Below, piece after piece: positions 1 through 11,489 of a stretch of 64,000 nt of DNA (position 1 is its first letter; the number at the start of each line of letters is the position of its first letter). The notes under the pieces are model-generated. The model did not search any database. It was given only the letters and a program-made list of their open reading frames with translations, and was not told the DNA's origin. The stretch is from Takakia lepidozioides (taxonomy: Eukaryota; Plantae; Bryophyta), in assembly GCA_030704615.1 (NCBI GenBank), contig CM060732.1:30318001-30382000 (forward strand), given 5' to 3'. The position numbers and the translations under genes are program-made.

Positions 1-726
1 ACTGTCTGCCAACATCCAAGAGCCGTACGACTCATACAGCATACAACTTCAACGCCACCGAACACTTCGAGAATGCCAAAGAAAGGACCCTTGTCTGTCT
101 TCTTGAGAGAGTTTATAGCAGGTTAGCTTGGAAAATCTTAATGATAGGTGTTGAGGTGCCTGTCCCCACCATATGGACTCTTAGAAATGACAAGATATTA
201 AGAGAATACCTGTGAAACCGTAGCAACAGCTCCCTCTCTCCCTAAGATGGCACATAAGCTCATCTGTCAGACCAATGCCAGAACAGGAGATTATGAGTCG
301 TGATATATGTGATGCTATGCCCTGCTGTAAATTTCTGAACTTTTGTGCAGAATGGAGACTAAGATCAAGCATCATGAACATGCTCCTATCAAATTCAAGA
401 CCGGACTTGAGGGAAATTAGGCTAACAGAAATTAGGCCAGAGGAGAAACCTACCCACACAAGAAACCCCTTACCTTACAAAACAGTCACTTCAGCAATCT
501 ACACTACATGCCATCACAAAACACTCTAATCGCTATCAAAATTTCCTATAGACTTGAGCCATTCACAATTCCTCGACTTACTGTACATCAGGTCCTTGTG
601 CCCCGATCTTGTCTCTTCGCTGACATGTCCACCCGCAGTACCCAACACTGGCACCTTCTACATCTCTTAAATACCTGGTCACAGTTCTTATGGCATGAAA
701 CTCGAAGTCACACAGTATTGCCAGCC

Positions 727-3700
727 TCAATGCTGCAGTGACCTGGCTCCTCTAGCCCCTCTGACCTCCATCATTTTTCTCACCTTTGCACTATCGTCCC
801 ACATCCCAGCTGCGGCATAGATGTTTGATAAAAGCACATAAGTCATGGCATCCTGTGCATCCCACTTGAGAATGGATGTTGCCACACGTTCAGCCATCTC
901 CACATTGCCATGGATTCTGCAGGCACCAAGCAAGGCCTTCCACACCACAGCATCTGGTTTGATTGGCATTTTATTAATGAGGTCCTCTGCCTCATCCAGT
1001 CGCCCTGCACGCCCAAGAAGGTCCACCATGCAGCCAAAGTGCTTTTCTGTCGGAGTGACACCATGATCTTGACTCAGGGAATTAAAATAGCATCTTCCTT
1101 CATCAAGTAGGCCAACGTGGCTGCATGCAGAGAGAACACATATAAAGGTGATGTGGTTGGGCTTCACCCCTTCCCGCATCATTTGCTCATAGGTCTCTAA
1201 AGCCTCCATCCCGCGGCCCTGCTGTGCATATCCTGCGATCATGGCATTCCATGACACCAGATTTCGTTCAGCCATATTGCTGAACACTCCCTTTGCATCT
1301 TCAATGCTTCCACATTTGGCATACATGTCCACCAGGGCAGTGTTCAGAATCACATCTGGTATAATTCCAGCTTTGATGATATCACCATGGACCTCTTTGC
1401 CCTTTTCCAGGGCTGCCAGGCTCGCGCATGCATTGCAAACGCAAACAAACGTGATGTGGTCAGGCTTCACCCCATTCCGCATCATTTGCTTGTAGGTCTC
1501 CCAAGCCTCCATCCCGCACCCCTGCTGTGCATATCCTGCGATCATTGCGCTCCACGACACCACATCTCGTTCAGCCATACTGTCGAACACTCCCTTTGCA
1601 TCTTCAATCCCCCCACATTTGGCATACATGTCCACCAGGGCAGCATTCAGAATGGCATCTGGTACAATTCCTGCTTTGGTGATGTCACGATGGACCTCTT
1701 TGCCCTTTTCCAGGGCTGCCAGGCTTGCACAAGCATTGCAGACACAAACAAACGTGATGTGGTCAGGCTTCACCCATTCCCGCATCATTTGCTCATAGGT
1801 CTTCAAAGCCTCCATCCCACGCCCCTGCTGTGCATATCCTGCGATCATGGCGTTCCAAGACACCACATTTCGTTCCGCCATATTGTCGAACACTCCCTTT
1901 GCATCTTCAATGCTCCGACATTTGGCATACATGTCCACCAGGGCAGTGTTCAGAATCACATCTGGTACAATTCCAGCTTTGACAATGTCACCATGGACCT
2001 CTTTGCCCTTTTCCAGGGCTGCCAGGCTCGCACAGGCAGTACAAACGCCAACAAACGTGATGTGGTTGGGCTTCACCCCTTCCAGCATCATTTGCTCATA
2101 TGTCTCCAAAGCCTCCATCCCGTGCCCCTGCTGTGCATATCCTGCAATCATCATGTTCCATGACACCACATCTCGATCAGCCATATTGTCAAACACTCCC
2201 TTTGCATCCTCGATGCACCCACATTTGGCATACATGTCCACGAGGGTATTGTTCAGAATGACATCTGGTACAATTCCAGCTTTGACGATGTCACCGTGGA
2301 CCTCTTTGCCCTTTTCCAGGGTCACCAGGCTCGCACACGCATTGCAAACACAAACAAATGTGATGTGGTTGGGCTTTACCCCTTTCCGCATCATTTGCTC
2401 ATAGGTCTCCAAAGCCTCCATCCCGTGCCCCTGCTGTGCATATCCTGCGATCATCGCGCTCCACGACACCACATCTCGTTCAGCCATATTGTCGAACACC
2501 CCCTTTGCATCTTCAATGCTCCCACATTTGGCATACATGTCCACCAAGGCAGTGTTCAGAATGACATCTGGTACAATTCCAGCTTTGACGATGTCACCAT
2601 GGACCTCTTTGCCCTTCTCCAGGGCTGCCAGGCTCACACACGCATTGCAAACGCAAACAAATGTGATGCGGTCAGGCTTTACCCCTTCACGCATCATTTG
2701 CTCGTAGGTCTCCAAAGCGTCCATCCCGCACCCCTGCTGTGCATAACCTGTGATCATTGCGTTCCAAGACACCACATTTCGTTCAGCCATATTGTCGAAC
2801 ACTCCCTTTGCATCTTCAATGCTCCGGCATTTGGCATACATGTCCACCAGGGCAGTGTTCAGAATGACATCTGGTACAATTCCAGCTTTGATGATATCAC
2901 CATGGACCTCTTTGCCCTTTCCCAGGGCTGCCAGGTTCGCACACGCATTGCAAATGCAAACAAACGTGATGTGGTTGGGCTTCACGCCTTCCCACATCAT
3001 TTGCGCATACGTCTCCAAGGCCTCCATCCCGTGCCCCTGCTGTGCATATCCTGTGATCATCGCATTCCACGACACCACATTTCGTTCGGTCATATTGTCG
3101 AACACTCCCTTTGCATCTTTAATGCTCCCACATTTGGCATACATGTCCACCAGGGCAGTGTTCAGAATGACATCTGGTACAATTCCAGCTTTGACAATGT
3201 CACCATGGACCTCTCTGCCCTTTTCCAGGGCTGCCAGGCCTGCACACGCATTGCAAACGCAAACAAATGTGATGTGGTTGGGCTTCACCCCTTCCCACAC
3301 CATTTGCTCATACGTCTCCAAAGCATTCCTACCACACCCATGCTTGTTGAATCCTGTCATCATTATATTCCACGTGATCAAACATCGTTGAGACATTCTG
3401 TTGAACACTTGGTGAGCATCCACGATGCTCCCGCACTTAACATACATGTTGACAAGGGTGCTGTATAGAAAAACGTTTGGCTCGAGTCTACTTTGGATAA
3501 TGTGGGTGTGCACCTGCTTTCCAGCTTCCAGGCCTTTCATCTTGATGCACTTATGCAAGAGACAGACATAAGTATCTGAATCAGCTGAAATGCCTCCTTG
3601 GTTTAAAATCTCTAGCGCCTCTTTCAGTCTGCCTGCCTCACATAGCATCCTTACATGCCCATAGGTGTCAGAAGAGATTTTGTGGACTCCCTCTCTTGGT

Positions 3701-3867
3701 CCTCTCAAAGAAGCTGTGGTCATGGTTGAGGTCCCTGATTTTATAGATACTGCCACTGCTGCTGCTGCTTCCAGTTGACCCTCTACCCATGCAGGTTTCT
3801 TGTAGCTATCGATCCACAGGGAATCATAGGTAATTTTGTTCTTGAAATCCGGCCCTTTTGGATCAAT
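727..3867 (-). CDS. PLS-class PPR protein (organellar RNA-editing-factor type), main exon: C-terminal half of a PDF motif, about 7 near-identical P-L-S triplets, then P2-L2-S2-E1-E2; DYW domain lost
   Basis: Uninterrupted 1050-aa ORF with 101-aa repeats (VVSWNAMIAGYAQQG / ITFVCVCNAC / LNTALVDMYAKCG), P2L2S2 ([25 protein letters not shown]) and E domain (VWKALLGACRIH, YVLLSNIYAAAG). A CAG acceptor precedes IDPKGPDFKNK at 3867. A true start codon or transit peptide was not found. Confidence 0.93.
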   Translation of the reverse strand: MDPKGPDFKNKITYDSLWIDSYKKPAWVEGQLEAAAAVAVSIKSGTSTMTTASLRGPREGVHKISSDTYGHVRMLCEAGRLKEALEILNQGGISADSDTYVCLLHKCIKMKGLEAGKQVHTHIIQSRLEPNVFLYSTLVNMYVKCGSIVDAHQVFNRMSQRCLITWNIMMTGFNKHGCGRNALETYEQMVWEGVKPNHITFVCVCNACAGLAALEKGREVHGDIVKAGIVPDVILNTALVDMYAKCGSIKDAKGVFDNMTERNVVSWNAMITGYAQQGHGMEALETYAQMMWEGVKPNHITFVCICNACANLAALGKGKEVHGDIIKAGIVPDVILNTALVDMYAKCRSIEDAKGVFDNMAERNVVSWNAMITGYAQQGCGMDALETYEQMMREGVKPDRITFVCVCNACVSLAALEKGKEVHGDIVKAGIVPDVILNTALVDMYAKCGSIEDAKGVFDNMAERDVVSWSAMIAGYAQQGHGMEALETYEQMMRKGVKPNHITFVCVCNACASLVTLEKGKEVHGDIVKAGIVPDVILNNTLVDMYAKCGCIEDAKGVFDNMADRDVVSWNMMIAGYAQQGHGMEALETYEQMMLEGVKPNHITFVGVCTACASLAALEKGKEVHGDIVKAGIVPDVILNTALVDMYAKCRSIEDAKGVFDNMAERNVVSWNAMIAGYAQQGRGMEALKTYEQMMREWVKPDHITFVCVCNACASLAALEKGKEVHRDITKAGIVPDAILNAALVDMYAKCGGIEDAKGVFDSMAERDVVSWSAMIAGYAQQGCGMEAWETYKQMMRNGVKPDHITFVCVCNACASLAALEKGKEVHGDIIKAGIIPDVILNTALVDMYAKCGSIEDAKGVFSNMAERNLVSWNAMIAGYAQQGRGMEALETYEQMMREGVKPNHITFICVLSACSHVGLLDEGRCYFNSLSQDHGVTPTEKHFGCMVDLLGRAGRLDEAEDLINKMPIKPDAVVWKALLGACRIHGNVEMAERVATSILKWDAQDAMTYVLLSNIYAAAGMWDDSAKVRKMMEVRGARGARSLQH

Positions 3868-4138
3868 CTGGACCCACACTCCGTCCCTGATCCTTCAGAT
3901 ATCCCTGCCTCTGCACAAATCATTTATACATCCTTGCCTTTCTGCTAGCAACTGACAAATTCAGCCTATATTTGTTCTAGACAACATCCCAAACCTACTT
4001 ATCACACCCACTAGTTCCTATGCTGAATTAATCCCAAGACTTTAAAAATGTGCTGGGGAGAGAGAGGATGACAGTTTCCAAAAATCTTTGCCATGCATCT
4101 TGTTGTCTGCTTCTCTCTGTAATCTAACAGGCATTCAC

Positions 4139-4776
4139 CTTTTTGCCTCGATTAGCCCACCATTGACTGGGGTCGGAAAAAAAATTATTCCAAAGCTTCT
4201 CCTCATCTCTGTTATCTGTTTTTGGATACTTTCCTGCTGCAACATTGGCATTAACATGTGAAAATCACTTCAACCATCATCTGAAAATCATTTCAACCAT
4301 CATCGATCCACCCAACGAACTCACTTGCAGAATTTAACATGAAAAATTAGGGACGATTCTGATAAGAGGGAAAAGCAGGCTGAAATGTGTTGTTGAAGAG
4401 GGTGCCCTCACCACATTGTCCTCGACCTTGTGTCATGAAAGCAGCTAGCTTTTCTTTCACCCATGGAGGATTCAACCGACCAACAACCCATAAGGACCTC
4501 TTGTGTGTGCTACTTGTGTCTGTAGTCAGGTTATCTCGGATTGGTCTGGAAAACAACCACGGTGCAGCTGAGCAGCCATAGATTTCAACTCAGCTTCCTA
4601 AGACCAAGCTGATCCTCCCAAGTAAGGTGTAAACACCAGGAAACATACCAAATCATGAAAGGAAGAGCAGGATGGACAACTTTTCACATCATACATTAGG
4701 AAAGCCACACCTTGCGATTGCAGTTGTCCCACCATCGAGAAGGATCTTTAAAAAACTCCTGCCAGCTCTGCTCCAT
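4139..4776 (-). pseudogene. Upstream exons of the PPR gene encoding OSB-type PDF motif halves (partly disabled)
   Basis: 4776-4711 MEQSWQEFFKDPSRWWDNCNRK|GT. About 4544-4440 TNPR*PDYRHK(frameshift)STHKRSLWVVGRLNPPWVKEKL. About 4216-4139 DNRDEEKLWNNFFSDPSQWWANRGKK|GT. Both donors are phase 0 after K. Confidence 0.75.
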
Positions 4777-5716
4777 GCTCCACAGTAGACCTTTGTGCCC
4801 GGAACTCTGGATTGTACTCCTACTTGATGAGTAAAGTCAGAATCTCGCTTTGGCTCTGAAAAAACTTCTTTTACTGTTCGTAAGGTTGTTCTTCCTGAGC
4901 AGGGCATGAAAGTAGGATGCGCAAGGACTCTTCCCTGGAGTTTGCTTGCTCCCTGGTCGTTTTCACAGACCACTCCAAAACCTCCAGACTACAGACATTT
5001 AGCATCTGTGTAAGTTTGGACATGTTCACATGTTCCTCATTGTGTAGAGTCCAATGGAGCCCAAAGTGACTTGCATGAATTTGTGAAAAGCTCACTAGCA
5101 CTCCTCCATGGAGGAACTTGCCAAGTGTTGCCAAGGCTACTGTCCCTGTGAAATATCTAGAACTCCTGCCATGCTCCAGTGTTTACCTATGCGCAACATA
5201 TCCCAATTATCGGCATTTCCTAACGATCCCCTGCGCTTTCTTGCTTCTTTGCCTAGAGTACATTCGTTTCTGCTGAATTGCGCGAAAGACAATTCCGAAT
5301 GGATCCGACGGCGCATACATACGACCCCAAAAAAGGAAACTGCGAAGTGTTTTGTGTTATTACCTAATTTGAATGGCATCCCTAAGCAACAACCGACTGC
5401 GCAGGCTCCTCTCTCAACCCCCCCGCGAGCTTCCAAGATCGCCAAAACCCACACGGTGGACCAAGCACTGTCCCCAGGACGTGAATGCTGTTTGTCACAC
5501 CCGGGTTGAGTACTAACCGGTGTTGTGCGGATACCGGTCCTGACCCCGGGTACCTAGCGGCTCAGAATCCCGGTAACCCGGATCCTAACCGTCAACGTCA
5601 CAAAATACACGGACAGGACTCCTCGTCCATTTCAAAAATGAACCGGGACCCAAACTCGGACCCACCTAGTGTCTTCAAAACCCGCTCTACCAGGGCAGTG
5701 AAGCGGGGGCTTAGAG

Positions 5717-6700
5717 AAGACTCCTGCCGGGCCGGTGTAACTAAGAGTCACTAGCCTTGCGGCTACTGCCCCTTTCGGGGTTGGGCCCTATAAAAAAATT
5801 GTCTTAGGGGGGAGAGAGGTCCCAAGGACCCGTTGCCCCTAGGGGGACCCTGGGTGCATTGGAGGAGCTGGATTCTAGCTTGCGTTTGTTGGTGATAATA
5901 GCTGTAACCGGGTGAGGTGGATTGATTTGAAGCATTGGTGAATTGGGAGGATGGGGATCTTAAAGTTATCAACTATTCGTCAAATGCGGCGAAACCCGGT
6001 GGTTCACACTCATTAATGCTGGTACCTACTAGGGGCGACCACCTGACCATACTGTGTGCCGCCGTGGCTACTATCATGCAAATGTACATGGTTACCCATG
6101 CCCTGCTAGGCTCCGCCCAGACATACTCATTATCCAAGGACTACCCGTTAATGCCCCACTGCCCACGTCACCATCCCCACAATTCACCATCCACTTTATT
6201 AAATTTACCTTTTGCCACGATCGCTACCCCAACGACAATCTTAGAAAAGCGGCAAAAATATGCCCCACTCATCCTTGCAATTTGACGACATGGATGGAAA
6301 ATCGGCCCGCTCACCGTCATCATCAATGATATACATGGAGATGCCAGACTGCTTGGTTGTGTCGAGTATATGAAAGCCATGTATGATCGGGTGTGTACAT
6401 TGGCTAAGGAGGTGCGGCCAGGTGTCTCGTGCAGAGTGGGTTGTGGAGCATAGTGGGCAATAGGGTGACGGGAAAAGATGTGGTCAGAAGATGTGTTTGC
6501 ACTGGTGGCCCATGTATTGGGCATATCTGAATTTGAGCGTTTGTCGGATTTGAGCGTTAGTAGTGATTTTGGTATGCCAGAAGTGGTTTGATAGTTTGTG
6601 ATGTAATACTTGTAATACGGGTATGGGGCTGTCCTTCGGTGATTTTGGGGTTGTTGTTTTAGGGCCGTACCACACTAGCGGCATGGACTTGGACGTTGCA
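5717..6700 (-). mobile_element. 3' fragment of a non-LTR retrotransposon with restriction-like endonuclease (RLE), copy A, with an internal inversion
   Basis: Homologous to 10083-11026. LKFRYAQYMGHQ segment and tail are on the minus strand, while the RPDILIIQG...FTFCHDRYP segment (~5985-6330) is on the plus strand. Confidence 0.75.
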
Positions 6701-6984
6701 GGCTAGGGATTGGTGGATGATATAGGTCCATGTCACCAAGCGGCAATGAACTGGCTACCACACTATAGCATAAGCCCGGCGGCAAAAAACTCGGTAGGAG
6801 AGACCATCACACGACGGGGTGGGAGAGCACAGCTTGGCGATGGCGGGAGAATCGCATCACGACAAAGTGTTTTCCTAAAATTGTGGATTTTCAGGGAATA
6901 CTGGCAGCAGCCGCTAGTGTGGTAGGCAGAGCGGCACACTGCCCTCCCTTAAACCAATAGGAGGGCCCGAAATTGAGTGCTGCC

Positions 6985-7860
6985 CGATGCCGCTCTCCGC
7001 TCCCCTCGCGGTGCCGCTCCCCGCTCCCCTCTTGTGCCGCTTCCCGTTCCCCTCGCTCATCTTGCCGCTATTGTGCATCATGAATCACTAGGGTAGCGTG
7101 TGCCGTTGGCCCAAGTGTCCAGTGTCATCTAAGTCCAAGTGCAATCCCCTTATATTCATCCAAGTGCGTCCCCTATGTCGAGGCTCAAATGCGACCTCTA
7201 GGATAGCCTAGTGTGCGGTTGGCCCAAGTGTCCAGTGTCATCTAAGCCCAAGTCCAAGATCTCCTATGTATCCATGTGCGACCTCTAGGGTAGTGTCGTT
7301 GGCCCATGTGTGAAGAATTGAAATCTAAGACCAAGTGCACTTTCCTATGTATCTCTCCTATGTCGAGGCCCATCTAAGCCTAAGTGCAATCTTCTATGTA
7401 TCCAAGTGCATCTTCCATGTAGGCCCAAGTGCAATCTCCTATGTATCCAAGGGCATCTCTCATGTGTGTCTCCCATGTCGAGGCCCGTCTAAGCCTAGTG
7501 TGCAATCTCCTATGAATCCAAGTATGTCTCCCATGTCAAGCCCCGATTAATTTTTTTCCATGAATTTATTGAGTAGTTATATATCCAATGTCATCTAAGT
7601 CCAAATGCATTTTTTTTCCACAGAGCCTACGACCAGATTTGAACCGGAGACCTTTCCCTTGATATCTCTCTTGTCGAGGCTCCAACCAATGTCCAGGAAT
7701 GCCCATTTTGCTATTTTTTGCAAATTTCCAGCGACCAAAAGTACTTGAAATTCCAAATCTCCCACGTGAAGGGCCAATCATTGCTCCAGGAAAGCCCACT
7801 TTGCTATTTTTTGTGAATTTCCAGCGACCCAAAGCACTTGAAATTCCACATCTCCCACAC
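6985..7860. repeat. Degenerate minisatellites (CCGCTCCC-rich tract, CCAAGTGCAATCTCCTATG-like units, and a ~90-bp tandem pair)
   Basis: Recurrent AAGTCCAAGTGC/CCTATGTATCCAAG units at 7120-7550; GCCCATTTTGCTATTTTTTG...AAATTCCA..TCTCCCAC occurs twice at ~7700-7860. Confidence 0.65.
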
Positions 7861-8675
7861 CGTTGGTCCAAAATTCATGAGACCAAGCCGGTGCACCCCT
7901 CCTGATCGAGGGCTTTCCAATGCCACCAAGCACCTGCGTTGGGGCCCCGCGGTTTGGGAGATCTCAACGACGCTACAAAACAAAACAAAACAAACATCTC
8001 GCTTCATATATTGATGCCCATCAATATTGTGGAGACTTCTTGCCTAGGCGGAGCTAGGCAAAAAAACGGAGAACTAGGCTTATCCATTAAGCCCTATGGA
8101 GGATTGATGGGACCCGCAATGGATAGATGCATTGTCATGGTCCATGACTCATGGAGACATCTTGCCTGGGGTGAGAACTAGGCTTATCCATTAAGCCTAG
8201 TCTATGATCCCTTGCGGGACAGAGGTACTCGGGGAAAGCATCCAAACAACCCCAAAAAAAAACTTTATGACAATCAGATTGATCCTAATCTATATAGTAA
8301 TAACCTCGTCACCCCCGTCCTTCATTTCTAGTTTTTCTATTCCAATTCCATTCCGGAAGTTTCTATATTATACTCTAATATAACTCTGACTAAATCGTTT
8401 TACAAGCCTTGCGATAACTTGCGCTCGATATTCTCAATGTTCTCTATCTAATTTCTAAAAGAACTCTCCATCGATTCCACACAAACAAGTAATATTTCAA
8501 TGCTTTGTCAATTTAATCTCTTCTATAATCTATCACAGAAATTCCACAATCGTAGACTCCATCTTCCGAAAGAATTATCTTTTCCGATTCAAAGTACCAT
8601 TAACATCAATCAAAATATAGAGACATATCTCCTCAGGTCTTTGAACAATCTGTCACAACTAAAACATTAAATCTG

Positions 8676-9850
8676 TTTTTTTTTTTTTAATGCAAGGCCT
8701 GAGGTAGGCCAATGTATTAAAAAAGAGGGGAAAATAACCTCCATGACATGCCATGGAGGCTGATGAAGGGGACGTCGTCCCGTACGCATGGGGTAGGTCC
8801 TATCAAAAAAACTAGAGACAGTAACTGCCTCAGGAGATGGAACTAGGGGTCACCCCTTTTGGAAGGCTCGAAGGTGAGCTGAGCCTTGGATCTCCCGCTA
8901 CGAAGACCGCGCTTGTGCCTCCAGTTGACGTCTGAGTCTTCTCCATCAGCAGGCGAGAGCCGAGTGCTAATGGAATTGCCAGCATGTCGGGATGGTGTCG
9001 TCCCAGTCAATAGTGGAATTTGAGGTTCTGTTGCAGAGATAGCCATCCTTCGCCCATGTGATGTCAAAATGATTGAGTAATTGTCTTCTTCTCTCCTCTG
9101 AAGGTCCTCTGGAAAGAGCTGCACAAAGCAGAGACCACACTTTTCTAGCCTCAGACATCAGGTCCGAGTGAATTATATCCATGATCGCCCTGACACATCG
9201 AATTGCCCACTATAAATGAAGTAGCATCTAGATCTCCAAATTTGCCAAAGCGAATGAGGACCGCCCACACTGGGCAATGACTCCACATCGCTTGACCTTG
9301 AACATTTAGCAGTAGAACAGATGCAGCACTGGAGCAAGAGTCATTCCATTTAGCATAAAACTAAAGTACTATACTCCAAATAGTAATTGTTGTAGGGCAT
9401 TGAAGCAAACAATGTTCTAGCGATTCAGGAATATTGATAGTGCAGCAGGGGCAGGTTTTAGAGGAACCAGTCATGAAGGCCAAGACTGGAAGAATACGAT
9501 TAGCTAATTTCCACAAGAAACCAGTAATCGTTGCAACACATTCTTTCTTCCATATATCTGACCAGATGCGTTTCCATGGAAGCTCCGATGAGATAACGTG
9601 ACCCCACTTGGAGTTCCATTTATACTACATAAGGTATGGCGGGTTCATAAGAGAGTACCTAAGCCTCACTGTGTAAGCAAAGAAAGGGGCATGATCGGCA
9701 TTCATCCATGACCACTCTGCTGGGTCAAACTGAAGGTTCCTCAAGGGGGCATTGAGAAACCATCATTATCCAAAGGGCCATTTCCAAAAACCATCCAATC
9801 CATTTACTCAAAGTCTACTCGCACACTGGCATTCATGGTAATGAGGAAGC
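8676..9850 (-). mobile_element. L1-like LINE 3' fragment with poly(A) tail
   Basis: Minus strand reads CPCCTINIPESLEHCLLQC (CCHC zinc finger of the ORF2 C-terminus) with stops. Poly(T) on + at ~8676. The C-terminal IIHSDLMSEARKVW peptide is shared with 35500-35706. Confidence 0.75.
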
Positions 9851-9854
9851 AGAC

Positions 9855-11026
9855 CTACTCGCTCAACTCGGCGTCTCTCAACCCACAATCGAACCCACAG
9901 CCGACCCTATCCACATTGCACATACCCACTCCTTCTGGTTTATACACGCCGTCCCAAACCCCCCTGTACCCAGACCAGTCCGAAACTTTCTGACCACTCT
10001 GACCAGAGAAGCAAATAAACAAGTTGCAGCCTCCATCAGCCACACCAAAGTACACATCCAAAAATGGACTCAATCAAATGTATTGCACAATAAACTCTCA
10101 AATCATTTTTGGCTAACTATAGCTACCACTGACGCACAAATCCGACAAACACTCAAATTCAGATACGCCCAATACATGGGTCACCAGCGCAAACACATCT
10201 TTTGGCCGCATATGTTCCCATCCCTATACGGCCCATTATGTTCAACCACTCACCAAGCTCGTGACACCTGGCCACATCTCCTCAGCCAATGTACGCACCC
10301 GATTATACATGGCCTTCATATCACGCGCCACAACCAAGCAGTCTGGCATCTCCATAAGCTCTTTCTAAACCGTGTTGAGACCAGATGGTTCTCGCTCATA
10401 AACGCTGGTACCTACCAAGGTCGGCCACCCGACCACACTATGCCACCGTGGCTGCTACCATGCATATGTACCCGATCACCATGCTCATGCCCTGCATACT
10501 CCTTGTACAAGGCCTACCCATTAACACACTACCCCCCACCTCACCATCCCCACAATTCACCATTCATTTCATTGAATTCACATTTTGCCACCATCGTTAC
10601 CCCAATGACTCGATTTTAGAAAAACGTCAAAAATATGCCCCGCTTATCCTTGCAATCCGACGGTATGGTTGGAAACTGGCCCATTAACCGTCATCACCGC
10701 CGGTACTCGAGGCGGCATTTATAACGCCAGTATCAATGACATACATGATAACTTCAAAATTCCCACTCTTCCCATCCACAAATGCTTCAAAGCAATTCAC
10801 CTCACGGCACTCCGTTCACTCACAACTATTATCACCAACAAACGCCAACTGGAATCCAGCACTTCAAATGCACTCTAGGTCCCCCAAGGTACCACAAACT
10901 CCCCTACTTTTTACGGTCACTTGGTGTCCCATAGGACACCTTTCCTTTTATAGGGCCCACCCCGAAAGGGGACAGTAGCCGCAAGGCGAAGTGGCTCTTA
11001 GTTACGCCGGCTTCGGCCGGAGTCTT
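9855..11026 (+). mobile_element. RLE-type non-LTR retrotransposon 3' part (copy B): degenerate Zn-knuckle, RHN, PD-(D/E)xK-type endonuclease, structured tail
   Basis: DTWPHLLSQC..RHNQAV, (RPD in copy A), IEFTFC, KRQKYAPL: the motif order of R2/CRE/NeSL/Dualen-group RLE domains. Frameshifted. Ends at ...GGAGTCTT without poly(A). Confidence 0.78.
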
Positions 11027-11489
11027 CTCTCTCTCTGAGAAACCATTTGAATTTCCCAGATAACTTTTGATGTTCTCTGGTGGATCTGGGTCTGGTTTCC
11101 CGGAGAGCAGGCAGAGCACTCGAATGGTAAAAAGCTGAGTGTCCTCTATTGACTCCTAAGAGGGCCCATAAAAGTCGCCCAAGGAGGTAGATCAAAATTT
11201 CCATCTGGACAGCTAACATGGTACCAGGTCTAAAAGCAACAGAGAAAGCAAAAGATCCCTGGTCATTGATAATACCAAACCAGGCAGGGAGCAAAATCTG
11301 ATTGGGCAGCAGGGCACATAACGAGATCCATATTGAAGGTATGTTCTGGAAGATAAGATCAAGGGTAACAGCTCTTCTACTTGAGAGGGCGCCCACCACC
11401 TGCTGCCGGGGAATGAAATTTCCAGAGTCCCAAATATGGGTAAAGTGTCATGAAAAACTTGCATGCTCCTTCCCAGAATGCCCATCTGG

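Noticed and set aside
1-710. Possible degenerate LINE ORF2 or the missing DYW exon
   Set aside because: No diagnostic motif in any frame; no HSE/CxxCH.
845-3468. Long + strand ORFs (up to 390 aa)
   Set aside because: Antisense shadows of the repetitive PPR coding strand.
10951-11026. Hammerhead or HDV ribozyme
   Set aside because: No CUGANGA/GAAA core and no nested double pseudoknot could be identified by eye.
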